Assembly: GCA_047629355.1 (NCBI GenBank)
Contig: JBLHWU010000002.1
Location: 948 to 64,947 of the forward strand
DNA: 64,000 bases
Source of the DNA: Saprospiraceae bacterium
Lineage (GTDB): Bacteria; Bacteroidota; Bacteroidia; Chitinophagales; Saprospiraceae
Reading direction: 5' to 3'
Shown here: one piece after another, positions 18,766-27,543 of the stretch
Layout of the letters: every line of letters begins with the position of its first letter
Position numbering within the stretch: position 1 is the stretch's first letter
Made by a program: the position numbers and the translations under genes
The notes under the pieces: generated by a model
What the model was told of the DNA's origin: nothing
Database searches by the model: none
The model's input: only the letters and a program-made list of their open reading frames with translations

Positions 18766-20946
18766 ATGAAAATTTTATTTACCATTTTCTCCTTTTTGTA
18801 TTGTTGCTCATTGCTACAAGCACAAATCATTTTTCAGGAAGATTTTGAAAATGGTGCCGTTCCCACAGACTGGACAATAACCACCAACGCAACTGATGCA
18901 GGTTGGAATGTTGGTACTGCTGCAAGCCTTTCCAGTCAGGCATTTCCTATTGTCAATAATGGTTCGACCAATGTAGCAGCAACCAATGATGATGCTTGTA
19001 ACTGTGATAAAAGTGAGGAATACTTTATTACTCCAAATATTGATTTAACCGACCAAACTGTCGTTGTTTTAAAATTCGATGCCTTTTACTTAGACAATAC
19101 TTATCAGGGAATTGATGAAGATGTAACTATTGAAATTTCTTTAGACGGTATTAACTGGACGGTTTTGGAAGACCTACACGGACATGGTTCGTGGGACACG
19201 CACATCATTAATTTAAGTGATTATGCGGGGGAATCCAGCGTGCAAATTGGCTTTCGCTACGACGATGGCGGCGGTTGGTTATACGGTTTTGCCATTGATA
19301 ATATTTCGGTAGAAGTTCCTCTAGGACTGGATGCCAATTTGGTAGAAATCAATCAACGAGCGTTTGGTGAAACGGATTTATCATTTCCATTGGGCGGCAT
19401 TATTTTGAATGACGGTGCAACTACTATCACTGATTTAGAAGTGACTTACATCTTAAATGGAGGAACACCTGTGGTTACTCAATTGACAGGCGTAAACATT
19501 GAGGCGTTTGATTATTATACTTTTGATTTATCGAATGCCTGGACACCGAACATGGCGGGAGAATACACGGTGGATATGGAAATTACTGCTGTCAATGGAG
19601 GTATGGATGAAAATCCAACTAACAATTCCGATTCCTTTGAAACAGAAATTTTCGCGCAAGTGACTGTACCTAATAAAATTGAGGAATTTTTGGTTGCTGA
19701 ACCAGTTATTACTGAATTAACCGCAGCTGGACCGTTTTTAAACAAACCAACAGATTTAGATTTCTTTCCCGTATTGGGAAAAGATGAATTGTGGGTAGTC
19801 AACCAGCGAACAGAAGGTGATGGTGGTAGCACTTTGACTATTGCGGATGCCACGGCTGACCCATCGGATTACACCAGTTTAGTAGATGGCAATGCTTGGC
19901 ATTTTATGTCTTTGCCTACAGCAATTGCTTTTAGCGACGATAATTACAATTTCGGAACTTCTCCGGGCGTACAAGATGCCAATCACAATGGCGGAACATT
20001 CACTGGTCCAACGTTATGGTCAAGTGACCTTGATATTTATGCGCAACCTTCGGGTGGGAATGGTAGCCATTTAGACATGTTGCACGGTAGCCCTTTTAGT
20101 ATGGGGATTGCGCACGAAGTGGACAATGTATTTTGGGTATACGACGATTGGAATAAAGACATTGTACGCTACGATTTTGTGGAAGACCACGGACCAGGAA
20201 ATGATGACCACGCAGATGGTATGGTTCGTCGATATGAAAATATTGGTATCAATGCAGATGCAGACATTCCAAATCACATGATTGTTGACAAAGCAACAGG
20301 TTGGTTGTATTTCGTAGATAATGGGAATGACCGAGTGCTGCGATTGGATATTAATTCAGCGACAGGCAGTAATGCATTACCTGGAATCAACGAGCCTTTG
20401 GCAGAGCATTCAAGTATGACAGGATTCAATTATGAAGTCATTATTGAAACAGATTTGGAGCGACCTTGTGGTATCGAAATTTTTGAAAATTATCTCTTGG
20501 TCGGTGATTATGACAATGGTGATATCGTGATTTATGATATGGAAGATGATTTTTTAGAACTCGGACGAATTGCAACTTTAGAAACTGGTTTAACTGGGAT
20601 TAAGGTTGGGCCAGATGGTAATATTTGGTACACCAATCGACTGAATAATACTTTGATGACGGCTGAACCTGGTGACCCAAGTAGCACGACCGATTTGCAA
20701 CAATTGCCAGTAACGATTTATCCAAACCCGACGAATGGTATTGTTTCTTTAAATATTCCTCAATTAGAAACGGGTAAATTATTTAACCTCCAAGTTAATA
20801 ATTCGATTGGACAAACGGTGTTGGTCAAAACTGCATTGAATGGTGTACAAGACTTGAATTTGGAAAATCTACCAAATGGTATTTATCTGCTGAATGTGCA
20901 GGGAGATGACTTTTTTGGGATAAAAAAGGTATTAATTAACCACTAA
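18766..20946 (+). CDS. Secreted protein: N-terminal choice-of-anchor-J/MAM-like domain, NHL-type beta-propeller region, T9SS CTD
   Basis: IFQEDFENGAVPTDWT...GWNVG. Propeller-like blades (WLYFVDNGNDRVLRLD, LLVGDYDNGDIVIYD, GNIWYTNRLNN). CTD: IYPNPTNGIVSLN...GIYLLNVQG. Confidence 0.7.
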   Translation: MKILFTIFSFLYCCSLLQAQIIFQEDFENGAVPTDWTITTNATDAGWNVGTAASLSSQAFPIVNNGSTNVAATNDDACNCDKSEEYFITPNIDLTDQTVVVLKFDAFYLDNTYQGIDEDVTIEISLDGINWTVLEDLHGHGSWDTHIINLSDYAGESSVQIGFRYDDGGGWLYGFAIDNISVEVPLGLDANLVEINQRAFGETDLSFPLGGIILNDGATTITDLEVTYILNGGTPVVTQLTGVNIEAFDYYTFDLSNAWTPNMAGEYTVDMEITAVNGGMDENPTNNSDSFETEIFAQVTVPNKIEEFLVAEPVITELTAAGPFLNKPTDLDFFPVLGKDELWVVNQRTEGDGGSTLTIADATADPSDYTSLVDGNAWHFMSLPTAIAFSDDNYNFGTSPGVQDANHNGGTFTGPTLWSSDLDIYAQPSGGNGSHLDMLHGSPFSMGIAHEVDNVFWVYDDWNKDIVRYDFVEDHGPGNDDHADGMVRRYENIGINADADIPNHMIVDKATGWLYFVDNGNDRVLRLDINSATGSNALPGINEPLAEHSSMTGFNYEVIIETDLERPCGIEIFENYLLVGDYDNGDIVIYDMEDDFLELGRIATLETGLTGIKVGPDGNIWYTNRLNNTLMTAEPGDPSSTTDLQQLPVTIYPNPTNGIVSLNIPQLETGKLFNLQVNNSIGQTVLVKTALNGVQDLNLENLPNGIYLLNVQGDDFFGIKKVLINH

Positions 20947-21026
20947 ATATTAATTCAGAAGCAGTTTTGTTAAGTAATTTTCAAGACTGCTTCCTTTTCT
21001 TTTTTTAACTTTTAAATATTATACAA

Positions 21027-21995
21027 ATGAAGAATTTTTTACTAACTTTTGTAGCAATTATTTGCTTTAGCGTTGGTTCAACCGCACAAAATAACATTCA
21101 ACTGGAAATCAATCATAAGTTAGGCACAGACGATTTCGCCATGAATCAGACTGCTACCAACAACATGGAAAACAATTACTATTACTCGCGTTTGCAATAT
21201 TACATTTCTCAAATTTCTATCGTTCACGATGGCGGTACAGAAACCTTGATGGAAAATACTTACATTTTAGTCAATGCTGCCAATGCCACCCAAGTGGACT
21301 TAGGCGACCACAGTATTGATGCAGTCGAAGGCATCAAATTTTCTATTGGTGTCGAGGAAGCAGTTAATCACAGTGACCCTGCTTCTTGGGCAAATGGGCA
21401 TCCATTAGCTCCAAGTTTCCCGTCAATGCATTGGGGTTGGAATGCAGGCTACCGTTTTATTGCCATTGAAGGCAAAGGTGGTTCGAATTTAGGGCAGACT
21501 TTTCAGTTACACGGTTTAGAAGACATCAACTATTTTCAGACCGAGATAGACTTAACTGCTACATCTGAAAATGGAGCAATTACCATTACTTTAGATGCAG
21601 ATTATGAAAGAGCTTTAGAAAATATTGATGTAGATGGTGGGGTGATTGTTCACGGTAGCACTGCGGAAGCGAAAACAGCTCTTGAAAATTTCCGCGACCA
21701 CGTTTTTAGCGCATCGGGTGTTACTTCAACCGTTGATTTCAGCGAGGTGAATGACTTCCAAATTTTCCCAAATCCAACCGCTAACGGACAAGCAAATTTC
21801 TTGGTCAACAGTACAGAAAATTTGACTTATGAAGTAGCCGTAACCGACGTTTTAGGGCGAAATATTCAGTATTTTCCAGCAGTTCAAAGTAATACTTCGG
21901 TAGTGATGAATTTGGAAAACACAGGCTTGTTTATCGTAAGTTTGATTAAAGAAGGCAAAGCGGTGATTACTAAAAAATTGATGGTCAACTTTTAA
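21027..21995 (+). CDS. MbnP-family (copper-binding, MbnH partner) protein with T9SS CTD
   Basis: The segments LQYYISQISIVHDGG and SMHWGWNAGYRFIAIEGKGG match my memory of MbnP-family sequences. It is followed by di-haem peroxidase genes. CTD: FQIFPNPTANGQANF...GLFIVSLIKEG. Confidence 0.6.
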   Translation: MKNFLLTFVAIICFSVGSTAQNNIQLEINHKLGTDDFAMNQTATNNMENNYYYSRLQYYISQISIVHDGGTETLMENTYILVNAANATQVDLGDHSIDAVEGIKFSIGVEEAVNHSDPASWANGHPLAPSFPSMHWGWNAGYRFIAIEGKGGSNLGQTFQLHGLEDINYFQTEIDLTATSENGAITITLDADYERALENIDVDGGVIVHGSTAEAKTALENFRDHVFSASGVTSTVDFSEVNDFQIFPNPTANGQANFLVNSTENLTYEVAVTDVLGRNIQYFPAVQSNTSVVMNLENTGLFIVSLIKEGKAVITKKLMVNF

Positions 21996-22079
21996 TAATG
22001 ATGAATGATAAATGTTGAATATTTGAAAGCATCGTTATTCATCTGAAATTTATCATTCAACATTTATCATTCAAAAATT

Positions 22080-23111
22080 ATGGCTTTATTAAATTACATA
22101 CGACGGTTTTGCTTTTGGCTACTCATTTTACTGGCGCTGTCCTGTCAAAATGAAAAGAAGGTAATCCCCTCGTATGTACCTTCATTGATGGAAATTCCGC
22201 AAGGGTTTCCATCAATTGATTTTCCTGAAGGGAATGCGTTTTCAGAAACCCGTTGGGCATTGGGAAAGAAACTATTTTTTGACCCCGTAATGTCAGCAAA
22301 TAGTTCGATTAGTTGCGCCACTTGTCACCTTCCCGAATTGGCATTTAGTGACAATCAGGCATTTAGTCCAGGCGTAGAAAATCGACCAGGAACACGCAAT
22401 GCTTCACCACTATTCAACTTGGCATATCATCCTTATTTTACCAGAGAAGGAGGCGTACCAACCTTGGAAATGCAGATTTTAGTCCCTATCCAAGAACACA
22501 ACGAATTTGATTTCAACATTGTCCTAATTGCCGAACGGTTGGCACAAGATAGCACCTACCAAACGATGGCACAATTGGCGTATGACCGCGAACCGGATGC
22601 TTTTGTAATTACCCGTGCCTTAGCGAATTTTGAAAGAAGTTTGCTAAGTGGATATAGCCGATATGACCAGCATTTTAACTATGATTTAGATAAAATCTTG
22701 ACCGCTTCTGAGCTTCGAGGACGCGATTTATTTTTTAGCAAAAAAACGGATTGTGCGAACTGTCACGGTGATTCTAACTTCACCAATTATGATTTTCAAA
22801 ACAATGGTTTGTACGAAAGCTATGAAGATGTCGGACGATTTCGGCTAACGGGATTGGAAGCAGACCGGGCTTTATTCAAAGTCCCAAGTTTGCGAAATAT
22901 TGAATTGACTGCGCCGTATATGCACGATGGTTCAATGGTTTCTTTGGAGGAAATTGTTGACCATTATAATTCCGGCGGTAAAAACAACCCACAAAAAAGC
23001 AATTTGATTCGTCCTCTAAATTTAACTGATTCAGATAAGAATGACCTTGTAAATTTTTTAAAAACGCTAACCGACGAGGCATTTGTTAGCAATCCAATTT
23101 TTCAAAATTAG
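22080..23111 (+). CDS. Di-haem cytochrome c peroxidase family (CCP/MauG/MbnH-like), copy 1
   Basis: Two CxxCH motifs (CATCH, CANCH) and VPSLRNIELTAPYMHDGS. Confidence 0.85.
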   Translation: MALLNYIRRFCFWLLILLALSCQNEKKVIPSYVPSLMEIPQGFPSIDFPEGNAFSETRWALGKKLFFDPVMSANSSISCATCHLPELAFSDNQAFSPGVENRPGTRNASPLFNLAYHPYFTREGGVPTLEMQILVPIQEHNEFDFNIVLIAERLAQDSTYQTMAQLAYDREPDAFVITRALANFERSLLSGYSRYDQHFNYDLDKILTASELRGRDLFFSKKTDCANCHGDSNFTNYDFQNNGLYESYEDVGRFRLTGLEADRALFKVPSLRNIELTAPYMHDGSMVSLEEIVDHYNSGGKNNPQKSNLIRPLNLTDSDKNDLVNFLKTLTDEAFVSNPIFQN

Positions 23112-23128
23112 CTTTTAAATATACCTAT

Positions 23129-24217
23129 ATGTGTAAACTAAAATACTTATTCATTTTCCTATTGAGCACCCTGTTTTTTATTGCTTGTAGTGACGATGAT
23201 ACGTCCGAGGAAGTTATTCTCATTGACGAAACGCCTTATAATTTGGAATATGGCGCATTGCCTGCTCCTACCCTTCCTGCCGATAATCCTTTAACAATAC
23301 AAGGGGTACAATTGGGCAAAATGTTATTTTTTGAAAAACTAATGTCTAAAGATGGTACACAGGCTTGTGCGGATTGTCACCGTCAACCCGATGGTTTTTC
23401 AGATAGCACTCGTTTTTCAATTGGCATAGAAGGATTGCCAGGCAAACGACAGGCGATGCCGATTTTCAACATGGCTTATCATTCGAATGAATTTTTCTGG
23501 GACGGACGGGCTGAATTGCTGCGTGACCAAAGTTTGATGCCGATACAAGACCCCTTAGAAATGAACGAAACTTTAGAAAACGTAATTGCCAAATTGGCGA
23601 ATGAAAAAATGTACCGTAATCAGTTTACACGTGTTTTTGGGTCAGAAGAAATAACGTCAGTAAAGATGTCTTTGGCAATGGAGCAATTCATGTTGAGCAT
23701 CGTTTCTTATGATTCTAAATACGATCAGTATTTGGCTGGAGCAGCAGAATTGACGGAAAGTGAAGCGCGAGGGTTGGCCTTATTTGAGACAGAATACAAT
23801 CCTTTCTTTCCAGAATTTTCGGGAGCAGACTGTGCTCATTGTCACGGTGGAGCTAATTTTGAAAATGACCAATATATGAATAATGGCTTAGATACCGATG
23901 CCAATTTCATGGATATGGGGCGCGAAAATGCTACAGAAGCGGCGGCAGACCGTGCAAAATTTAAAGTCCCTACTTTGAGAAATATAGCGGTTACTGCTCC
24001 ATATATGCACGATGGGCGTTTTCAAACATTAGAGGAGGTTGTTGACCATTATAACGAAGGTATTCAAGAATCTTCTACGGTTGACCCTGCTATTTTAAAT
24101 ACTAAGGATTCAGGATTATTTTTGACGGATGCCGATAAAGTGGATTTGGTTAATTTTTTAAAGACGCTCACGGATGAGACGTTTTTGGGGAATGAGGAGT
24201 ATCGGTCGCCGTTTTAG
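23129..24217 (+). CDS. Di-haem cytochrome c peroxidase family (CCP/MauG/MbnH-like), copy 2, lipoprotein
   Basis: Lipobox FFIACS, two CxxCH motifs (CADCH, CAHCH) and VPTLRNIAVTAPYMHDGR. Confidence 0.85.
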   Translation: MCKLKYLFIFLLSTLFFIACSDDDTSEEVILIDETPYNLEYGALPAPTLPADNPLTIQGVQLGKMLFFEKLMSKDGTQACADCHRQPDGFSDSTRFSIGIEGLPGKRQAMPIFNMAYHSNEFFWDGRAELLRDQSLMPIQDPLEMNETLENVIAKLANEKMYRNQFTRVFGSEEITSVKMSLAMEQFMLSIVSYDSKYDQYLAGAAELTESEARGLALFETEYNPFFPEFSGADCAHCHGGANFENDQYMNNGLDTDANFMDMGRENATEAAADRAKFKVPTLRNIAVTAPYMHDGRFQTLEEVVDHYNEGIQESSTVDPAILNTKDSGLFLTDADKVDLVNFLKTLTDETFLGNEEYRSPF

Positions 24218-24455
24218 TTTTTCTATTAAACGCTAACTTTTCAATCAATATTAACCATAAATTACTGAAAATAATACTATTTATTTTCGCCAGACCACAA
24301 GAGCAATTCATTGAGCTGCTCTTATTTTTAATAAAAAAGAACTATTTTTCTTCCTAAATTTCTCCACTACGGTCAAAAGAATAATTCCTATTTTTCAATT
24401 TGAAAATACTAATTTGCGAAACGCTACTTTGTTTTCATAAAAGAGATAACTAAAA

Positions 24456-24492
24456 GGCTGTATCAAATCATCTTTTGATACAGCCTTTTTTT
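24456..24492 (-). terminator. Hairpin just downstream of the ATP-grasp gene
   Basis: GGCTGTATCAAA..TTTGATACAGCC with T/A runs on both sides. Confidence 0.55.
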
Positions 24493-25466
24493 TAGAATGC
24501 TACTTGCAAAACTTCAAATTCTCGCACAACCTCCGCCTTCAATTCTCCTCCCAAAAAGCGAGCAATTTCCAGCATTCCCTGCCGATGATTACCGAAGACA
24601 GTTTCTGCACCGCTATTATAATTAGTATTGGTATTCACATCATAAACAAAGCGATTGCCTGCCTCATCTTCTGCATATTCCAATGCGCCTATACCAATGT
24701 GGTTTGCAGTTAAAAATTGGGCATATTTTTCTAAGTCTTCATTTTCGTAATCGTCCAAAATAACAAATTTGGACGTATTTTCTGAGTGACCTACGGGGCA
24801 ATGTGCATCTGAAATTTGGCAAGCATCCGCTGGACACAATTCAAACCCTTTACTTGCATCAATGCTGACGGCATATAAAAATTTACCACCCACAAATTCC
24901 GCGCGGACAATGCGTCCGGTGGCTGGTTTAACGTAAGATTGAACCAACCAAATGCCATCCAGCGATTCGCCAATTTGCTGGTTATCAATAGTCTGTTGTA
25001 AACTTTTCAAACTGTGAAATAGTTGAACTCCAGCGCCTTTTCCACCCCGATTGGGCTTTAATATAAACGGAAATTCATTCAGCTGACCGGCCGCTTTCGG
25101 TAGCAATTCGATGTTATTAGCGATGATGGTTTTAGGATATGCAATGTTGAGTTCTTGTAAAGCAAGATACTGCTCGGATTTTCGCAATTCCAATTGCAAA
25201 GCTCGCCGTCCATTGATGACGATGCGCCCGTGTCGTTCTAACCACGCTAAAATATTGGCGGTAAACTCAGGGGCAAAACGATGGTCACGTATGTGAGCGG
25301 AAGCACTCATTCGATTGTAGAAAATACCTTCGGGCGGAATGGAATTCAAATCCAATGTCAGATTATCCACAAACCATTCTTCGTAAGGTAAATTCAATTG
25401 ATTAAAAGCAGCGCGCAGGGGCAATACCCAGTCTTCATTCTCGTGAATGACATAAATTTTTTTCAT
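24492..25466 (-). CDS. ATP-grasp (RimK/glutathione-synthetase-like) ligase, substrate unknown
   Basis: MKKIYVIHENEDW...FILKPNRGGKGAGVQLF...WLVQSYV...VRAEFVGGKFLYAV...ALEYAEDEAGNRFVYDVN is an ATP-grasp fold pattern. Confidence 0.75.
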   Translation of the reverse strand: MKKIYVIHENEDWVLPLRAAFNQLNLPYEEWFVDNLTLDLNSIPPEGIFYNRMSASAHIRDHRFAPEFTANILAWLERHGRIVINGRRALQLELRKSEQYLALQELNIAYPKTIIANNIELLPKAAGQLNEFPFILKPNRGGKGAGVQLFHSLKSLQQTIDNQQIGESLDGIWLVQSYVKPATGRIVRAEFVGGKFLYAVSIDASKGFELCPADACQISDAHCPVGHSENTSKFVILDDYENEDLEKYAQFLTANHIGIGALEYAEDEAGNRFVYDVNTNTNYNSGAETVFGNHRQGMLEIARFLGGELKAEVVREFEVLQVAF

Positions 25467-25496
25467 TGTTTTACGTTTATAAAGTCTAAAAAAAGC

Positions 25497-25530
25497 AAAA
25501 AAAAAGAGCCTATTCGCAACGAATAGGCTC
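25497..25530 (-). terminator. Intrinsic terminator between the Cys5 mini-ORF and the ATP-grasp gene
   Basis: Perfect 11-bp stem GAGCCTATTCG / CGAATAGGCTC with a 3-nt loop (25506-25530). On the minus strand it is followed by nine T (plus-strand A run 25497-25505). Confidence 0.75.
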
Positions 25531-25559
25531 TTTTTTTGATATTTAAAATAAAAAAAATA

Positions 25560-25634
25560 TCAGATAGGCTGTTCGTTAGGAACGGTGGGTTCACAACAAC
25601 AGCAACAAATCACAATATTTGAATATTTTTTCAT
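25560..25634 (-). CDS. Unannotated 24-codon ORF MKKYSNIVICCCCCEPTVPNEQPI (candidate leader peptide or Cys-rich micropeptide)
   Basis: Hand translation of the minus strand: atg aaa aaa tat tca aat att gtg att tgt tgc tgt tgt tgt gaa ccc acc gtt cct aac gaa cag cct atc tga. It is too short for the supplied ORF track. Confidence 0.45.
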   Translation of the reverse strand: MKKYSNIVICCCCCEPTVPNEQPI

Positions 25635-26275
25635 TAAATACGTTTGGTGCAAATTTATAGCCAATTATTGAATAAAGCAATAGCACCGCGAAAAATAATT
25701 TTGCTTTCATCCTTAGTAACGATAAAAAATTCTACTTTTTCAAATGATACTAACTCAACCCGTTGCAAAAAAGGAAAACCAAAAAAACGAGACCCTTCCG
25801 ACTATGATTGGCATTCTAATGCTGAAATGCCTGAGTCTGTAAAAGTCTTTTTGAATAATATGACCGTTGATTTTGACAATAAGATAAGTGCCCCTAAATA
25901 ATCGACACTTTTCGACAGGACTATTTTCCGTTTAAAAAAAAAATATCCTCTGTCAAAAGTGTCGATTATTTAAGGTCACCTACTTAGTGAACTCGGCGGC
26001 TCAACAAAAATCAGCTTAATTTATATTTTAGGGAATATCTCAAGAATTGATAATTTCAACACCATGACCATCGGTATCGAAGCTAAAGGAAAAGAACGCG
26101 ACCGTTTAAGTCAGCCCTTTTTAAAATTTATGCAAGAATTTGGGATTTCAGAAGAACGGATAAAATTTGAAAAAATAAAGTCAGCAGAAGATGAAGACTG
26201 GATTGCTGAAAAAATATGGTATCAAATCAATGTAGAACAACCTGTTTCAAAAAATAGATTTATAAAACCACAAAA

Positions 26276-26314
26276 GCACCAGTCTCTACTTCAACATAGA
26301 AACTGGTGCTTTTT
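26276..26314. terminator. Hairpin downstream of rpmH
   Basis: GCACCAGT..(loop)..ACTGGTGC, flanked by an A run and a T run. Confidence 0.55.
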
Positions 26315-26356
26315 TGTGACCACCCCATCACTCTCCACTAAAACCTAATCACGATA

Positions 26357-26512
26357 CTACTTAGAGTAACGCTCATCAGAAACAGTCAATTTCTTACGAC
26401 CTTTAGCACGACGCTTCGCTATTGTTCGACGACCGTTTTTGCTACTCATACGAGTACGGAATCCATGCTTGTTTGCTCTTTTTCGTTTCGATGGTTGAAA
26501 AGTCCTTTTCAT
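26357..26512 (-). CDS. rpmH: 50S ribosomal protein L34
   Basis: Hand translation gives [51 protein letters not shown], the canonical L34 sequence. It is absent from the ORF track because it is 51 aa. Confidence 0.95.
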   Translation of the reverse strand: MKRTFQPSKRKRANKHGFRTRMSSKNGRRTIAKRRAKGRKKLTVSDERYSK

Positions 26513-26526
26513 TATGCTTATTTTTA

Positions 26527-26612
26527 GAAGCCAGAGGTCAGAAGTCAGGAGTCAGATAAGCTATAAAAATTAATTTATACCGTTTTTCTGACTCCTGACT
26601 CCTCGCTCCGGA
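26527..26612. repeat. Inverted repeat built from GTCAG(A/G)AGTCAGGAGTCAGA-type units
   Basis: Arms AGTCAGGAGTCAGA / TCTGACTCCTGACT around an AT-rich loop. A solo arm recurs at about 62278-62308. Confidence 0.7.
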
Positions 26613-26770
26613 CACCTTAGTTTATCAATTTGTGGTGCAAAACGCAGGGTTTGCGCTAAGCGGCTGCAAAAGTAATGCGATTTATTTAAAATCCCAACTA
26701 TTTTTAAACGAATTTTGAATTTAATCTTCACCAAACTTTATACAAGAGTCAGCTATTCAAATCTTTGTTC

Positions 26771-27349
26771 TTAAAATTCAATCACATCAACCTCTAAACT
26801 CAACCGTTGAAAAATCATTTCCAACTCTCCAACGCCCCAAACTTTGACGGACTTACTGGAAATGAAATAATAATCAAAAACAGGCGATGTTTCATTTTCA
26901 TAGACCTTAATTCGTTTGCGAATAACGTCATCGTTGGCATCATCTGCCCGTCCTGAAGACTTCCCGCGTTCCAACAATCTACCAACCAATTCTTCTTCGG
27001 GTACATCTAACAGGACCAATTTAGAAACCTCGTCCTTTCGCTCTGCCAACAAGGCATCTAAGGCTTCACATTGTGGAATCGTACGTGGAAATCCATCAAA
27101 AATATAACCTTTGACATTAGGGTTCTCTTCGACTTTTGTGCGCAACATGCTAATCGTTACGGTATCTGGTACGAGTTCGCCTTTGTCAATATATTTCCGT
27201 GCTTCTAAACCCAATGGCGTGCTGTTTTTCAAATTAAATCGAAACAAATCACCTGTGGAAATGTGCAACAAATCGTATTTGTTGACCAACTTTTCTGCCT
27301 GCGTACCTTTGCCAGAACCTGGAGGGCCGAATAAAATCAGGTTTATCAT
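26771..27349 (-). CDS. adk: Adenylate kinase
   Basis: MINLILFGPPGSGKGTQAEKL...HISTGDLFR...GFPRTIPQ. Confidence 0.95.
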   Translation of the reverse strand: MINLILFGPPGSGKGTQAEKLVNKYDLLHISTGDLFRFNLKNSTPLGLEARKYIDKGELVPDTVTISMLRTKVEENPNVKGYIFDGFPRTIPQCEALDALLAERKDEVSKLVLLDVPEEELVGRLLERGKSSGRADDANDDVIRKRIKVYENETSPVFDYYFISSKSVKVWGVGELEMIFQRLSLEVDVIEF

Positions 27350-27543
27350 AATGTCTTATTATTCATATTTTGAAAATGGAAGTGGCGAAAGTACGGCTTT
27401 TTAAAGGAATTTTTATCGAAAAAATCACCACATTTACGATTTGTAACACTCTTTTGACTTTTCATTAAAAAAGAAAACAAAATTTAAATCAAAAAAACAA
27501 GTTCTTTTTCAATTTAAATTTTGATTCCTATCCTCCATTTTAA

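Noticed and set aside
25644-26348. Track ORFs 25644..25901 and 26064..26348 as genes.
   Set aside because: The first runs through a MITE-A terminus and a palindromic element. The second ends inside the rpmH terminator hairpin. Neither has a recognisable family. I leave them uncalled, though 26064.. cannot be excluded.
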